Positions 26,337 to 37,054 of a DNA stretch of 64,000 nt are shown one piece after another. The position numbers and the translations under genes were made by a program. Every line of letters begins with the position of its first letter. Position 1 is the first letter of the stretch. Source of the stretch: Acidimicrobiia bacterium (lineage in GTDB: Bacteria > Actinomycetota > Acidimicrobiia > Acidimicrobiales > Aldehydirespiratoraceae); contig QIIW01000026.1 of assembly GCA_003231645.1 (NCBI GenBank), positions 8,775 through 72,774 of the forward strand, written 5' to 3'. Below the pieces are notes generated by a model. That model did no database searches. It worked only from the letters and a program-made list of their open reading frames with translations, and had not been told where the DNA came from.

Positions 26337-27167
26337 TCATCTCCCGGCCAGCCACTCCAAGAGACCCGTTCTGATCTCCTCGATGTCCTTGTAGGCGGCG
26401 ATCTCCTCCGGAAGGGTCGAGAGCGCGGCGGCCAGAGCCGACGCCGGCAACTCGTCGACAACATCACCGAGAGGCCACCTGTGGATCCTGATCGTGAAAC
26501 AGATGGCTTCCCCCGAACGGAGCTTTCGCAGGGTCTGGCGCTCGGCCCTGAGCCACACGTCGGCACCGGGATCGTCGGGCGTCGTGGCCGGGGCCTGGCG
26601 GCCGGTCGGCTCCAGACGCAGGGCCCCGTCCCTCGTCAACGACCAGTTCGCACGCACCACCAGCGAACCTGGCCTCATGCGCTCGAGAAAACGATCGAGG
26701 TTCCGCGAGATCGACTTGATTCCCGGCACCGGCGAATGGATGGCGGCCAGGTCAAGACCAATCTTCTCACCGAGGTCCCATCGTGTTGGGAAACACACCA
26801 CCCCCGCCGTGAGTACCCACCGTCCCCCCGTCATCTCCATCACACACAGGTCCTCCTGGATCAGTTGAGCCGCGGCCACCAGTGGATGCTCATCGACCAC
26901 CGGGCCGACCCGAATGCCGTGGAGTTCGAGTTGCTCCACCGCGAGCCCCAGCACCTCAATAGAGGCACCCGGCGAGTCGGCCGCGAACCTGGCGACATCG
27001 TCGAACCTCGCCGTGAGGAGGCGCTTCTTCTCGGCGAGATCACGGTCGCGTTGCCCGTCGATCTGGAGCCACTCCGACGGGTCGAGGGAACGCACACCCA
27101 GACGCCAGCGGAACTCACGCCCGTCGAAGGGAGATCCGCCGAGAGCTTCGTGCACAATGTTCGTCAC
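26337..27167 (-). CDS. DUF3445 family protein (heme-dependent oxidative N-demethylase-like)
   Basis: LIQEDLCVME...VVCFPTRWDLGEKIGLDLAAIHSPVPG...RANWSL matches the family's core blocks as I recall them. GTG start 6 nt after the upstream stop. Confidence 0.75.
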   Translation of the reverse strand: MTNIVHEALGGSPFDGREFRWRLGVRSLDPSEWLQIDGQRDRDLAEKKRLLTARFDDVARFAADSPGASIEVLGLAVEQLELHGIRVGPVVDEHPLVAAAQLIQEDLCVMEMTGGRWVLTAGVVCFPTRWDLGEKIGLDLAAIHSPVPGIKSISRNLDRFLERMRPGSLVVRANWSLTRDGALRLEPTGRQAPATTPDDPGADVWLRAERQTLRKLRSGEAICFTIRIHRWPLGDVVDELPASALAAALSTLPEEIAAYKDIEEIRTGLLEWLAGR

Positions 27168-27173
27168 GCCTGA

Positions 27174-27524
27174 TCATCGCCCCTTCCGGCGCCTCCATTC
27201 CACCCGGGCGCTGGCACGCGCCCGGGCTGTGGCGTCACCGACCCTCACTTCGACGTCAGCGGTACCTCCACGGCGCTCGAACCGAAGCAACTCTCCACCG
27301 TTTCGGGACGCCATGTCGAGCGCGGCCTCGCGGCCTTCGACTGCCCCGGCCAGAGCGGCGGCATCCGCCGCGGTTCGGGCCCGGGCCGAGTCATCGAGCG
27401 CGGTGCCGACACGAACCAAAGCCAACAGCGACACCACCACCAACATCACCACAAGGGCCATCAAGGGTAAGGCTTGGCCCGAATCCTCGGCTGTGACCCA
27501 ACAATCACCACACGTGCCGTCCAC
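27174..27524 (-). CDS. TadE-like (Rv3654c-type) pilin-like small membrane protein
   Basis: An N-terminal hydrophobic helix is followed by ARARTAADAAALAGA...NGGELL...VEVRV...ARASARV. This is the pattern of the helicase/secretion-neighbourhood TadE-like family. Confidence 0.6.
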   Translation of the reverse strand: MDGTCGDCWVTAEDSGQALPLMALVVMLVVVSLLALVRVGTALDDSARARTAADAAALAGAVEGREAALDMASRNGGELLRFERRGGTADVEVRVGDATARARASARVEWRRRKGR

Positions 27525-27583
27525 GCGATTCCTCCATCGTCGAAGTTTCGGATGGGGGAAGTGGTGAAGTCGGCCGGACCGGC

Positions 27584-30073
27584 TCAGTCGAAGCTGTCGG
27601 TGCCGGCCTGTTCGTCGTTCAACTTGACCAGCGCTATCGAGGCAACCACATCGTCGTCATCGGGGCGAATGACCTTGACCCCGCTGGCTGAGCGGCCCTG
27701 GACCGAGATGTCGGCGGCGCGGGTGCGGATCAACACCCCGTTTCGGGTGACGGCCAGGATCTCGTCGCCGTCCTCGACGATTAGCGTTCCGACCACCTCT
27801 CCGCGCTCGGGCGTGACCTTGATGCCACGAACCCCCATGCCACCACGTCCCTTGCACGGGTAGTCATCGACCGGAGTGCGTTTGCCGTATCCGGCCTCGG
27901 TGATGTGGAGGAGTGTGGTGTCGTCGCGGGCGATGTCGCAGCCGACCAGGTGATCGCCCTCCTTCTTGAAACGGATGCCCTTCACCCCGGCCGCGTTGCG
28001 GCCCATGGCCCGAACCTTGTCCTCACTGAAACGAATGGTCTGCCCGAGCCGCGATGACAACAAGATGTCGTAAATGCCGTTGGTGGGCACCACTTCGACC
28101 AGTTCATCGTCGTCGTTGAGTCTCACGGCTATGAGGCCGGCACGCAGCGACGAGTCGTAGGCATTGAAACGGGTCTTCTTGACCCGTCCGTTGGCGGTGG
28201 CGAAAAAGAGATAGCGGTTGGTCTCGTAGTCGCGGGTGTCGATGACGGCTCTGATCGTCTCACCGTCCTGCAGCGGCAGCAGATTGACGATCGCCATACC
28301 TCGGGAAGTGCGCGACGACACCGGTATCTCATGCGCTTTCAACCGGTAGACACGACCGCGCGTGGAGAAGAACAGCAGGTAGGAATGTGCGGTGGTCTGG
28401 ATGAGGTGGGTGACGGTGTCCTCGTCCTTGAGCCTGGCACCCGCCACTCCCCTGCCGCCTCGTCCCTGGGTTCGGAACTCCTCGGCCGATACCGTCTTGA
28501 CGTAACCCGACGCCGACATGGTGAACACCAGATCGTCGTCGTCGATCAGGTCTTCGATGTCGAACTCGCCGGGATCAATCTCGAGGCTCGAATGCCTGGG
28601 TTCGGTGAACTTGTCGCCGATGGCGGTGATCTCCTCGTCGATGACCCCTCGAAGCCTCCGGTCGTCGCCGAGGATCGCCTCGAGCTCGGCGATCTTCTCT
28701 CGCTTCTCGGCTGCCTCGGATTCGAGGTTCTCTCGACCGAGGCGGGTGAGGCGCACCAGCTGCATTTCGAGTATGTGGTTGGCTTGGACCTCCGAGAACC
28801 CGAATGGCTCCGTCATCAGGGCGGTGCGCGCACTGGCGCGGTCGGCGCTGGCGCGAATCGCGACGATGATCTCGTCAATCAGATCCAGGGCCTTGATCAG
28901 GCCCTCGACGATGTGGAGCCTTTCTTGGGCCTCGTCGAGACGATATTGCGACCGGCGGGTGACGACCTCGATCTGATGCTTGACATAGGCCACGAGGGCG
29001 TCGCGAAGGGTGAGGGTTCGGGGAACACCGTCGACGAGTGCCACCATGTTGATGGCGAAACTCGACTGCAGCGGCGTGTGCTTCCAGATGTTGTTCAGGA
29101 CCACCTCGGGGTTGGCATCACGCTTGAGCGTGACTACGAAGCGGGTGTCGTCGCCTGATGACTCGTCATTGACGTTGGATATCCCGTCGAGAACCCCCGT
29201 CTTCACCAGCTCGACGATCTTGCGGGCCACCGTCCCGGCCGAGACTTGGTAGGGCAAAGCGGTAACCACCAGGCAGGTCCGCTTCTTGATCTCGGTGATC
29301 TCGATGTCAGCCCGCATCTTCACCGACCCACGACCGGTGCGGTAGGCCGACTCAATCCCGACCCGGCCGAGGATCTGACCGCCGGTCGGGAAATCGGGGC
29401 CCCGCACGAACTCCATCAGATCGTCGGTGGTGGCCTCGGGGTTGGCCAGGAGGTGCTTGACGGCATCGACCACCTCACCCAGGTTGTGGGGTGGGATGTT
29501 GGTGGCCATGCCCACCGCGATGCCCTGGGACCCGTTGACCAGTAGGTTGGGGAACCGCGCCGGCAACACGAACGGTTCGGTGAAATCGCCCGAGTAGTTG
29601 TCGACGAAATCGACCGTGTCCTCGTCGATATCGGCCAACATCCACATGGCAAGTCGATCGAGCCGCGATTCGGTGTAGCGGGCGGCCGCGGGACGGTCCT
29701 CGGGCGAGCCGTAGTTGCCGTGGAAGTCGATGAGGGGATGGCGCAGTGAGAACGGCTGGGCCATCCGGGCCAGCGCGTCGTATATCGCGGTGTCACCGTG
29801 GGGATGGAAGCGGGCCATCACGTCGCCCACGACGCGGGCACACTTCACGTAGTTGCGATCGGGCCGGAATCCTTGGTCGTACATCGACCACAAAATGCGT
29901 CGATGGACGGGTTTCAGACCATCACGCGCGTCGGGTAGGGCGCGGCTGATGATGACCGACATGGCGTAGTCGAGGAAGGAGCTTTCCATCTCCTCCTGAA
30001 TCTCGATGAGGCTGTGGACTTCGCCATCATCCGCGGATTCGGGCTCGACACCGGTTGGTGGTTGATCACTCAT
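27584..30073 (-). CDS. gyrA: DNA gyrase subunit A
   Basis: 829 aa. Has DGLKPVHRR, the HPHGD...AIYD QRDR region and C-terminal beta-pinwheel repeats. Confidence 0.98.
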   Translation of the reverse strand: MSDQPPTGVEPESADDGEVHSLIEIQEEMESSFLDYAMSVIISRALPDARDGLKPVHRRILWSMYDQGFRPDRNYVKCARVVGDVMARFHPHGDTAIYDALARMAQPFSLRHPLIDFHGNYGSPEDRPAAARYTESRLDRLAMWMLADIDEDTVDFVDNYSGDFTEPFVLPARFPNLLVNGSQGIAVGMATNIPPHNLGEVVDAVKHLLANPEATTDDLMEFVRGPDFPTGGQILGRVGIESAYRTGRGSVKMRADIEITEIKKRTCLVVTALPYQVSAGTVARKIVELVKTGVLDGISNVNDESSGDDTRFVVTLKRDANPEVVLNNIWKHTPLQSSFAINMVALVDGVPRTLTLRDALVAYVKHQIEVVTRRSQYRLDEAQERLHIVEGLIKALDLIDEIIVAIRASADRASARTALMTEPFGFSEVQANHILEMQLVRLTRLGRENLESEAAEKREKIAELEAILGDDRRLRGVIDEEITAIGDKFTEPRHSSLEIDPGEFDIEDLIDDDDLVFTMSASGYVKTVSAEEFRTQGRGGRGVAGARLKDEDTVTHLIQTTAHSYLLFFSTRGRVYRLKAHEIPVSSRTSRGMAIVNLLPLQDGETIRAVIDTRDYETNRYLFFATANGRVKKTRFNAYDSSLRAGLIAVRLNDDDELVEVVPTNGIYDILLSSRLGQTIRFSEDKVRAMGRNAAGVKGIRFKKEGDHLVGCDIARDDTTLLHITEAGYGKRTPVDDYPCKGRGGMGVRGIKVTPERGEVVGTLIVEDGDEILAVTRNGVLIRTRAADISVQGRSASGVKVIRPDDDDVVASIALVKLNDEQAGTDSFD

Positions 30074-30089
30074 GCGCGGATCCAGCCAT

Positions 30090-32180
30090 TCAGAAATCGA
30101 GATTTCGTACTTCGCGGGCGTTGGTGACGATGAAGTTGCGACGCAACGAAACGTCGTCGCCCATCAGGATCGATGTGACCTCGTCGGCCAGGACCGCCTG
30201 CTCGACCTCGACCTTGAGCAGACTCCGGGAGCCCTCCTCCATCGTGGTCGACCGCAATTCCTGCCAGTCCATCTCGCCGAGCCCCTTGAGTCGCTGGAAG
30301 TCCTTGGTGTAGTTGGGTCGATCGGCGAGGAACGCTTCCTTGGCCGCGTCGTCCTTCAGGTAGACGGTGTTGTTGGTGGAGACTTTCGTGGAATACAACG
30401 GTGGTTGGGCGATGTAGACGTAGCCGGCCTCGACCATGGGACGCATCTGCCGGAAGAAGAACGTGAGCAACAGGGTGCGGATGTGACTGCCGTCGACATC
30501 GGCGTCGGCCAGCAGGATCACCTTGTGATAGCGGGCCGCCCCGAGGTCGAACTCGTCGCCGAAACCGGCTCCGATCGCGGTTATCAACGCCTGAACCTCG
30601 TTGTTCTTCAACATCTTGTCGATACGGGCCCGCTCGACGTTGAGGATCTTGCCGCGGATCGGCAGGATTGCTTGGGTTTCGGGATTCCTGGCTCGCACCG
30701 CGGAACCGCCGGCCGAATCGCCCTCGACGATGAACAACTCGCGACGCGACGCCTCCTTGGCCGAACAGTCCTTGAGCTTGTCGGGCATGCCGGCACCGTC
30801 GAGCAGTGACTTTGAACGGATCGCCTTGCGAGCATCGGCGGCGGCCACACGCGCCCTGGAGGCACCGAGCGCCTTGCCCACCACCCGTTTGGCCTCGTTG
30901 GGATGCTCTTCGAGCCATTCGGTCAGCTTCTCATTGGTGACCTTCTCGACCAGGGAACGCATCGACACGTTGCCGAGCTTCGACTTGGTCTGGCCCTCGA
31001 ACTGCGGCTCCCCGACGCGGACGCTGATGATCGCGGTGAGACCTTCGCGGATGTCCTCCCCTTGCAGGTTGGGTTCCTTCTCCTTGAGAAGACCCCTGTC
31101 GCGGCAGTAGGCGTTGACCGTGCGGGTCAGGGCGGTGCGAAAACCCTGCTCATGCATGCCACCTTCGAGGGTGGCGATACCGTTGGCGAAACTGTGGAGA
31201 CCGTCGGAGTTGAATCCGGTGTTCCACTGGAAGGCGACCTCGACCTCGTGGGCGTTACCGACGAGGTCCTCACTTCCGGAAAAGTATCCGACATCCTCGA
31301 ACAGGGCCTCCTTCGCCGCGTTGACATGTCTGACGAAATCGATGATGCCGCCGCCGTAACGAAAGATCGTCCAGCCGTCGGTTTGTCCCCCGTGCCGGTC
31401 GTTGACCACTTCGATCGACTGATCGGAACCGGCGGGGTGATCGCCATCTTCTCCTTGCTCGACCGACTGATCTCCGTCCAGAGGGGGCGGTGGGGCAACG
31501 GCGTCAGCGCGAAGGTCACGAACCCTGATCTCGAGTCCGCGATTGAGGAACGCCATCATCTGAAAGCGTTCGACGAGCGTCTTGAAACGGAACACGATCT
31601 CATCGAAGACCGTCGGGTCGGGCCAGAATCGCACCGTGGTGCCGGTGCGCGGTTCATCATCCACCACCGGGGCGGTGCCGATCGGGGCGAGCTTCGACGA
31701 GAGGTCACCACCATCGACGAACGACATGGCGTAGCGGGATCCGTGACGGTCGATCTCGACCTCGACGCGGCTCGACAGGGCATTGACGACAGACACTCCC
31801 ACGCCATGAAGGCCGCCCGAAACCTTGTAGCCCTTACCACCGAACTTGCCGCCCGCGTGCAGCACGGTGAGAACCACCTCGGCCGCGCTCATGTCGGTGT
31901 ACTTGGGGTGGGTCCTGACCGGAATGCCGCGTCCATTGTCGACCACCTCGCATCCGCCATCGGCGAGGAGGGTGATGTCGATACGCGTGCAGTAGCCGGC
32001 CATGGCCTCGTCTATCGAGTTGTCGACCACCTCCCACACCAGGTGATGGAGGCCGGTGGGGCCGGTGGAACCGACGTACATGCCGGGGCGTCGCCGGACC
32101 GCTTCGAGCCCCTCGAGAACGGTGATGTCCTGGGCTCCGTATGTCGACTCGCTCTTGGAGGTCAAACCTGACGATTCCAT
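30090..32180 (-). CDS. gyrB: DNA gyrase subunit B
   Basis: 696 aa. GHKL ATPase (LEGLEAVRRRPGMYVG, GGLHGVG), TOPRIM (LFIVEGDSAGGS) and PLKGK-like (PIRGKILNVE) motifs. Confidence 0.98.
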   Translation of the reverse strand: MESSGLTSKSESTYGAQDITVLEGLEAVRRRPGMYVGSTGPTGLHHLVWEVVDNSIDEAMAGYCTRIDITLLADGGCEVVDNGRGIPVRTHPKYTDMSAAEVVLTVLHAGGKFGGKGYKVSGGLHGVGVSVVNALSSRVEVEIDRHGSRYAMSFVDGGDLSSKLAPIGTAPVVDDEPRTGTTVRFWPDPTVFDEIVFRFKTLVERFQMMAFLNRGLEIRVRDLRADAVAPPPPLDGDQSVEQGEDGDHPAGSDQSIEVVNDRHGGQTDGWTIFRYGGGIIDFVRHVNAAKEALFEDVGYFSGSEDLVGNAHEVEVAFQWNTGFNSDGLHSFANGIATLEGGMHEQGFRTALTRTVNAYCRDRGLLKEKEPNLQGEDIREGLTAIISVRVGEPQFEGQTKSKLGNVSMRSLVEKVTNEKLTEWLEEHPNEAKRVVGKALGASRARVAAADARKAIRSKSLLDGAGMPDKLKDCSAKEASRRELFIVEGDSAGGSAVRARNPETQAILPIRGKILNVERARIDKMLKNNEVQALITAIGAGFGDEFDLGAARYHKVILLADADVDGSHIRTLLLTFFFRQMRPMVEAGYVYIAQPPLYSTKVSTNNTVYLKDDAAKEAFLADRPNYTKDFQRLKGLGEMDWQELRSTTMEEGSRSLLKVEVEQAVLADEVTSILMGDDVSLRRNFIVTNAREVRNLDF

Positions 32181-32376
32181 TTCGGTGTTGTGGGCGTCGT
32201 GATGTCGGATGCCGTCATGTCGGATGATTCGGGCCCGTCAGCCGTGGTCACTTCCCGGCCCTGGGCGAATGGACGCGAAGGGAGAAGGAACGCTCCGCCG
32301 GATGCGTCGGATCGCTGACTGAGCGATGGTCGACAGGCCCCTTCACGGTGCCGCTATTCTACCAGCCGAGAGGCCC

Positions 32377-32694
32377 TTATCCGCGGCTGTCAACCCGCAC
32401 GCGAATGTCGGTGATGCGTGTCGTTCCGGTGATCTCCGCCACCCGCGCCACAACCTCGGAATGCAGCCACTTGAGCTCCGCCGCCCAGGCCGGATCGTCG
32501 ACCGCGACAACCACCACGTCACCGTCGATCGCCGTGGGGCGGGAGTGCGCGGCGAGGTCGACCCCGACGATTTCTTCCCATCGCCCGAACACCGCCGACA
32601 GTACATCGGTGGATGGTGCGCGCATCGCGCCCAGAAGGTGATCGAGCGCGGCCGAGATGGTCTTCGGCTGGGTGTTTCCGGATCGTCCCATCAT
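32377..32694 (-). CDS. dciA: DUF721/DciA-family protein (replicative helicase operator, Rv0004-like)
   Basis: 105 aa. Conserved position between recF and gyrB. The start overlaps the recF stop. Has a DUF721-like ...WEEIVG...H..P......L.V.V....WA.EL core. Confidence 0.85.
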   Translation of the reverse strand: MMGRSGNTQPKTISAALDHLLGAMRAPSTDVLSAVFGRWEEIVGVDLAAHSRPTAIDGDVVVVAVDDPAWAAELKWLHSEVVARVAEITGTTRITDIRVRVDSRG

Positions 32695-33770
32695 GACTCC
32701 ACCGAGATTGTGCCACGGTCGACGCGCATGACGTGGTCCGGCGCTGCCCCCGGGGGGACATCCGACGCCACGGTGAGCAGGCTCTGGGCGTCGGGCAAGG
32801 CCTCCAGCAGGGCTCGGGCCCGGCCCGGATCGAGTTCAGAGAACACGTCGTCGAGCAGGAGCACCGGTGACCAACCAGCGGCGCGAACGACGGCATCGAC
32901 CGCGAGTCGCATGGCCAGTGCCGTCGAACGCTGCTCTCCCTGCGAGCCATGGGTGCGAGCAGGCACGCCGCCGATCGACAGTTCGATCTCGTCCCGGTGG
33001 GGACCCACCGTCGAAACTCCCCTTCTGACATCCAAGCGACGCGACCCGATAAGCGCCGCGCCCAAATCACCTTGCCAGCTCGATACGTAGTCGGCCCGAA
33101 CGTCGGCCGCCCGGCGGGCCACGTGGTCATAGGCCCTGGTGAGGTGGGGCCGTATCTCGCCGAGTAGATCGAGGCGAGCCTGCCTGAGAGCGTCGCCGAC
33201 CGCCGCCAACTGGGAATCCCACACGTCGAGCGTGAACTCGGCATCGGCGTCGAGCTTTCCGCCGGCCGACCGCAGTAGAGCATTACGTTGTCTGAGTATC
33301 CGTTCCAGATCCGACCGAAGGGAATCGTGTCGGGGATGTCGACCAACCAGCGAATCATCGATCCAACGTCGTCTGAGCGCCGGCCCGCCTTTCACCAGGG
33401 AGAGATCGTCGGGTGAGAACACGGTCACGCGGATCACACCCAGAAGATCACGTGCCCGTTGGACACGCTGTCGGTTGACCTGGACCCGATTGCGCCCGAT
33501 CCGAGGCAATTCCGCCTCGATCAGTTGTTCCCGGCCGTCGCCCGACTCGATGGTGGCTCTGATCACGGCGCTGTCGGCACCGACCCGGATAAGCGCATCA
33601 TCGGCAACACCACGGAAACTGCCGATACCGGCGAGCCATCCGATGGCCTCGATCAGATTCGACTTACCCTGACCATTGCCACCCACGATCACTGTGAGAC
33701 CGCCGCCGAACTCGATATCAGCCGTGTGGTAGTTACGGTAATCCTTCAGATGAAGAGCGCGAACCAACAC
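32691..33770 (-). CDS. recF: DNA replication/repair protein RecF
   Basis: Walker A GGNGQGKSNLIEA, signature GSQGEQRS, Walker B LLLDDVFSELD. GTG start. Confidence 0.95.
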   Translation of the reverse strand: MLVRALHLKDYRNYHTADIEFGGGLTVIVGGNGQGKSNLIEAIGWLAGIGSFRGVADDALIRVGADSAVIRATIESGDGREQLIEAELPRIGRNRVQVNRQRVQRARDLLGVIRVTVFSPDDLSLVKGGPALRRRWIDDSLVGRHPRHDSLRSDLERILRQRNALLRSAGGKLDADAEFTLDVWDSQLAAVGDALRQARLDLLGEIRPHLTRAYDHVARRAADVRADYVSSWQGDLGAALIGSRRLDVRRGVSTVGPHRDEIELSIGGVPARTHGSQGEQRSTALAMRLAVDAVVRAAGWSPVLLLDDVFSELDPGRARALLEALPDAQSLLTVASDVPPGAAPDHVMRVDRGTISVES

Positions 33771-33783
33771 CGTCTGGTGCCGG

Positions 33784-34884
33784 TCAACTCACACGGACCG
33801 GCATGAGGAGATAGAGGAAATCCTCGTCCTCGACCGAGCGGAGCAGCGCCGGCTTGAGTTCATCGACGGTCTCGAGAGTGATCTCGTCACCAGGGGCAAC
33901 TTCGATGCCGTCGATCAGGTACTCGGGGTTGAACGCCACGGTGAGATCTTCACCTTGATAGGCGGCGGGCATCGACTCGTGGGCCTGACCCACATCCTGA
34001 GTGACGGCAACGAGTTCGAGACCATCTGATGACATCGACAGACGAATCGGGGTGGATTCCTGGGCCATCAACCGAACCCGTTTCACCGCGTCGAGCAGAG
34101 CACCACGGTCGATGGTGAGACGATTCGGGTGGTTGGTGGGAATCAACCCGCGGTAGTTGGGGAAGTCACCCTCAATGAGCCTGGTGGTGACCGACACGTT
34201 GCCGACCTCGAAGCTGGCCTCCTGTTGTCCCAACCTGAGTGTGAGTTCCTCGCTGTCACCGATGAGCCGACTCAGTTCGAGCAGAGACTTGCTGGGGACG
34301 AGAACCTTCTGACCATCACTAAGGATCGATGTACCGGCCAGATCACACACCGAGAGACGATAGGAATCGGTGGACACGAGTCGTAGACCGTCGTCCTCGG
34401 CCGCCATGAGGACTCCGGTGAGGATCGGGCGGGCATCATCGGAGGACGCTGACTTGACAACCTGCTGAAGAGCCCCTCGGAACGCGGCCCCCTGCAGGGT
34501 CACAGCGTCACCCTCGGGTGCGGTGAGCTCCGGAAACTCATCGGCTGGAATCGTGCGAATCGCGAACTCCGAAGGAGGAGACACCATGCTGAGTTCGTCC
34601 CCCTCCATCGTGATATCGACCGCTCCCGGTCGCAACGATCGCACGATGTCGGTGACCAACTTGGCCGGAACCACTGCCACGCCGTCCTCGGCCCCGGCTA
34701 CCGTCGTCCTGACGGTGATGGTCAGATCGATATCGCTGCCGGTAACGGTGAGAAGGTCACCAACGAGCACCAAGTGGACGCCCGACAACACGGGAAGGGC
34801 TCCACCCCGCGTGCTCACAGCTCGGCCGGCGGAGACGAGGGCGTTCTGCAGGATGTCTCGTTCGCAGCGAAACTTCATACCCAT
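33784..34884 (-). CDS. dnaN: DNA polymerase III beta sliding clamp
   Basis: 366 aa with three-domain clamp architecture. MKFRCERDILQNAL N-terminus and LMPVRV C-terminus. Confidence 0.95.
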   Translation of the reverse strand: MGMKFRCERDILQNALVSAGRAVSTRGGALPVLSGVHLVLVGDLLTVTGSDIDLTITVRTTVAGAEDGVAVVPAKLVTDIVRSLRPGAVDITMEGDELSMVSPPSEFAIRTIPADEFPELTAPEGDAVTLQGAAFRGALQQVVKSASSDDARPILTGVLMAAEDDGLRLVSTDSYRLSVCDLAGTSILSDGQKVLVPSKSLLELSRLIGDSEELTLRLGQQEASFEVGNVSVTTRLIEGDFPNYRGLIPTNHPNRLTIDRGALLDAVKRVRLMAQESTPIRLSMSSDGLELVAVTQDVGQAHESMPAAYQGEDLTVAFNPEYLIDGIEVAPGDEITLETVDELKPALLRSVEDEDFLYLLMPVRVS

Positions 34885-35124
34885 GGTGCTATTGCTTCTT
34901 CCGGTTGTATCTGATTCAGATAGTAGGAGTTCATAGGGCCTGTGGATTGTGGATCATGGCGGGTCTGGCGTGCAACGACAACGATCGTGTGTCCCTAGGG
35001 TTTCCAGTGACGCTCACAGGTTGGGTCGCACGGAGCGCGCCGTGGTGGATGGAGGGTGAGTTGTTCGACCCGGATCCACCGGAGGCGAGCAGGATGTCCA
35101 CAGCAGTATCTACACGCCGGCCGA
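34885..35124. other. oriC candidate (dnaA-dnaN intergenic DnaA-box cluster plus AT-rich element)
   Basis: DnaA-box-like 9-mers: tgtggattg (34941), tgtggatca (34948), ggtggatgg (35044), ggatccacc (35072), atgtccaca (35094). The locally AT-rich stretch 34888..34935 is a possible unwinding element. Confidence 0.6.
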
Positions 35125-36603
35125 TCATGACGGATGGTTGAGCCGGTGCTGGAGTTCGGTCACCTTGTCGAAGATCTTCTGTCGCTCACCCATACGAGCC
35201 TCGATCTTGCGGACCGCGTGCATCACGGTGGTGTGGTCGCGGTTGCCGAACGACTTGCCGATCTGCGGATACGAGAGATCGGTGCTGTTGCGGGTGACGT
35301 ACATGGCCACCTGGCGGGCATCGACCAACGGCCGCTGGCGGCTGCCTCCGGTGAGCTGTTCGATCGTGAACCCGAACATGTCGGCGGTGAGCTCGATGAT
35401 ACGAGCGGCGGTTACCGGCGGCTTGGCCGACTTGCTGATCAGATCGGCGAGAACCATCGAAGCGAGATCGACAGTCAGAGGCTGATGGGTAAGGTTGGCG
35501 AATGCGGTGACCTTGATCAGCGCGCCTTCGAGTTCGCGAATCGAGTCGGTGATGTTCTCGGCAATGAACGAAAAGACCCCGTCGGGAATGTCGAGGGTGT
35601 GGGAACCTGCCTTTTTGCGAAGGATGGCCAAGCGGGTCTCGAGATCAGGAGGCTGGATGTCGGTGATGAGCCCCCATTTGAACCGACTGCGCAAGCGATC
35701 CTCCAGGGTGGGGATGGCGTCGGGAGTACGGTCGGAGGACAGCACAATCTGCTTGTTGTTCTGATGAAGTTCGTTGAAAGTGTGGAAAAATTCTTCCTGA
35801 AGGCCGTCCTTGCCTTCCATGAACTGAATGTCGTCGACCAGCAGAACGTCGTTCTCGCGGTAGCGACGCTTGAAGTCGGGCAGGTTGTTGTTCCGGATGG
35901 CCTCGACGAATTCGTTGAGAAATGTCTCGGTCGAGACATAGCGGACCCGCGCTTCGGGGTAGTGGTGGGCCACGTAGTGAGCGATGCCTCTGAGAAGGTG
36001 GGTCTTGCCGAGCCCGGAGTCTCCGTGAATGAACAACGGGTTGTAACTCATCGCCGGCGTCTCGGCGACCGCGAGTGCGGCGGCATGGGCGAAACGGTTG
36101 GAGGGCCCGATCACGAAATGCTCGAATGTGAACTTCTCGTTGATGCTGTCGCGGTTGAGCCGATTGGGTGTCGGCGGCTGCCGGCCTCCTTGGTAGGTGA
36201 GGTCGGGGGCCGGCACGTCGAAGACGACGTCATCCCAGTCGGTCTCGATCTCGACCCGCACGTTGCACGGATTGTCGGATTCGTCGATCGCATCTTGAAC
36301 CAGGCCGAGGTAACGGCCTTCGATTCGTTCTTTTTGGAGTCCGTTGGGCACGACCAGGACGAGGTCGCCCTCGTCGAACGCCACGGCGCGCGCGCCGCTG
36401 AAGGTCGTATTCCAGACAGCGTCACTCACCTGGGCGCGGATCGACTTGGCGCAGCTACCCCACAGGCGATCGGCGTCTTCGGTTTCTCCCACTCGTTTCA
36501 ATCCTGTCTCCACAACGTCGTCCACAGGCGTGGACCAGCCGGGGCGAGTTCTTCGAAATCCATCCGGATCCGGGTGGCGCGAGCTACGGGCGGCAATGTT
36601 CAC
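35125..36603 (-). CDS. dnaA: chromosomal replication initiator DnaA
   Basis: AAA+ Walker A GDSGLGKTHLL, Walker B LLVDDIQF, box VII/sensor, and C-terminal DnaA-box-binding domain (VARQVAMY...GNRDHTTVMHA). The true start is probably internal (GTG/TTG about 36490-36525), because the first ~30 codons look non-coding. Confidence 0.95.
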   Translation of the reverse strand: MNIAARSSRHPDPDGFRRTRPGWSTPVDDVVETGLKRVGETEDADRLWGSCAKSIRAQVSDAVWNTTFSGARAVAFDEGDLVLVVPNGLQKERIEGRYLGLVQDAIDESDNPCNVRVEIETDWDDVVFDVPAPDLTYQGGRQPPTPNRLNRDSINEKFTFEHFVIGPSNRFAHAAALAVAETPAMSYNPLFIHGDSGLGKTHLLRGIAHYVAHHYPEARVRYVSTETFLNEFVEAIRNNNLPDFKRRYRENDVLLVDDIQFMEGKDGLQEEFFHTFNELHQNNKQIVLSSDRTPDAIPTLEDRLRSRFKWGLITDIQPPDLETRLAILRKKAGSHTLDIPDGVFSFIAENITDSIRELEGALIKVTAFANLTHQPLTVDLASMVLADLISKSAKPPVTAARIIELTADMFGFTIEQLTGGSRQRPLVDARQVAMYVTRNSTDLSYPQIGKSFGNRDHTTVMHAVRKIEARMGERQKIFDKVTELQHRLNHPS

Positions 36604-36919
36604 CGGTGGATCGGCGAACGTAGCAGTGCTGTGGAAAGCCGCAACTCGGAGATCGAGGACCCCCCAAAACTCCTGCTCAGGTCGAGTGTCACCGAACGTA
36701 ATTACATGATTGGAAGATCCGTTACACGGTTGTCGTTCTCACGCCGCGTCCGGTTGAGGCGTGGCTGGGGGCTGCGGCGGGACATCTTGGCATTATCCGG
36801 ACTGGTTGCTGCGGTGGTGATCGGACCCTACGGTTGTGCGCTGACGTCCACGGTTTCCACAACCTTGAAACCGTTTTTCGCCGTAGACAGTGTCCTGCCC
36901 ACGGCCTTCCGGAGGAAGT

Positions 36920-37054
36920 ATGAAGCGCCCCTACCAACCAAACACCCGCAAGCGGAGCAAGAAACACGGCTTCCGTTCTCGTATGAGTACTCGCGCCGGT
37001 CGCGCCGTGCTCCGCTCTCGTCGCCAGAAGGGCCGCGCCCGCCTTTCGGCGTGA
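36920..37054 (+). CDS. rpmH: 50S ribosomal protein L34
   Basis: Not in the ORF track (44 aa). GGAGGAAGT precedes the ATG. Sequence [44 protein letters not shown]. Confidence 0.95.
   Translation: MKRPYQPNTRKRSKKHGFRSRMSTRAGRAVLRSRRQKGRARLSA

Noticed and set aside
26480-26500. Second parS candidate (CGTGAAACA half-site)
   Set aside because: Only one arm of the palindrome is present, and it lies inside the DUF3445 coding sequence. It is a chance half-match.
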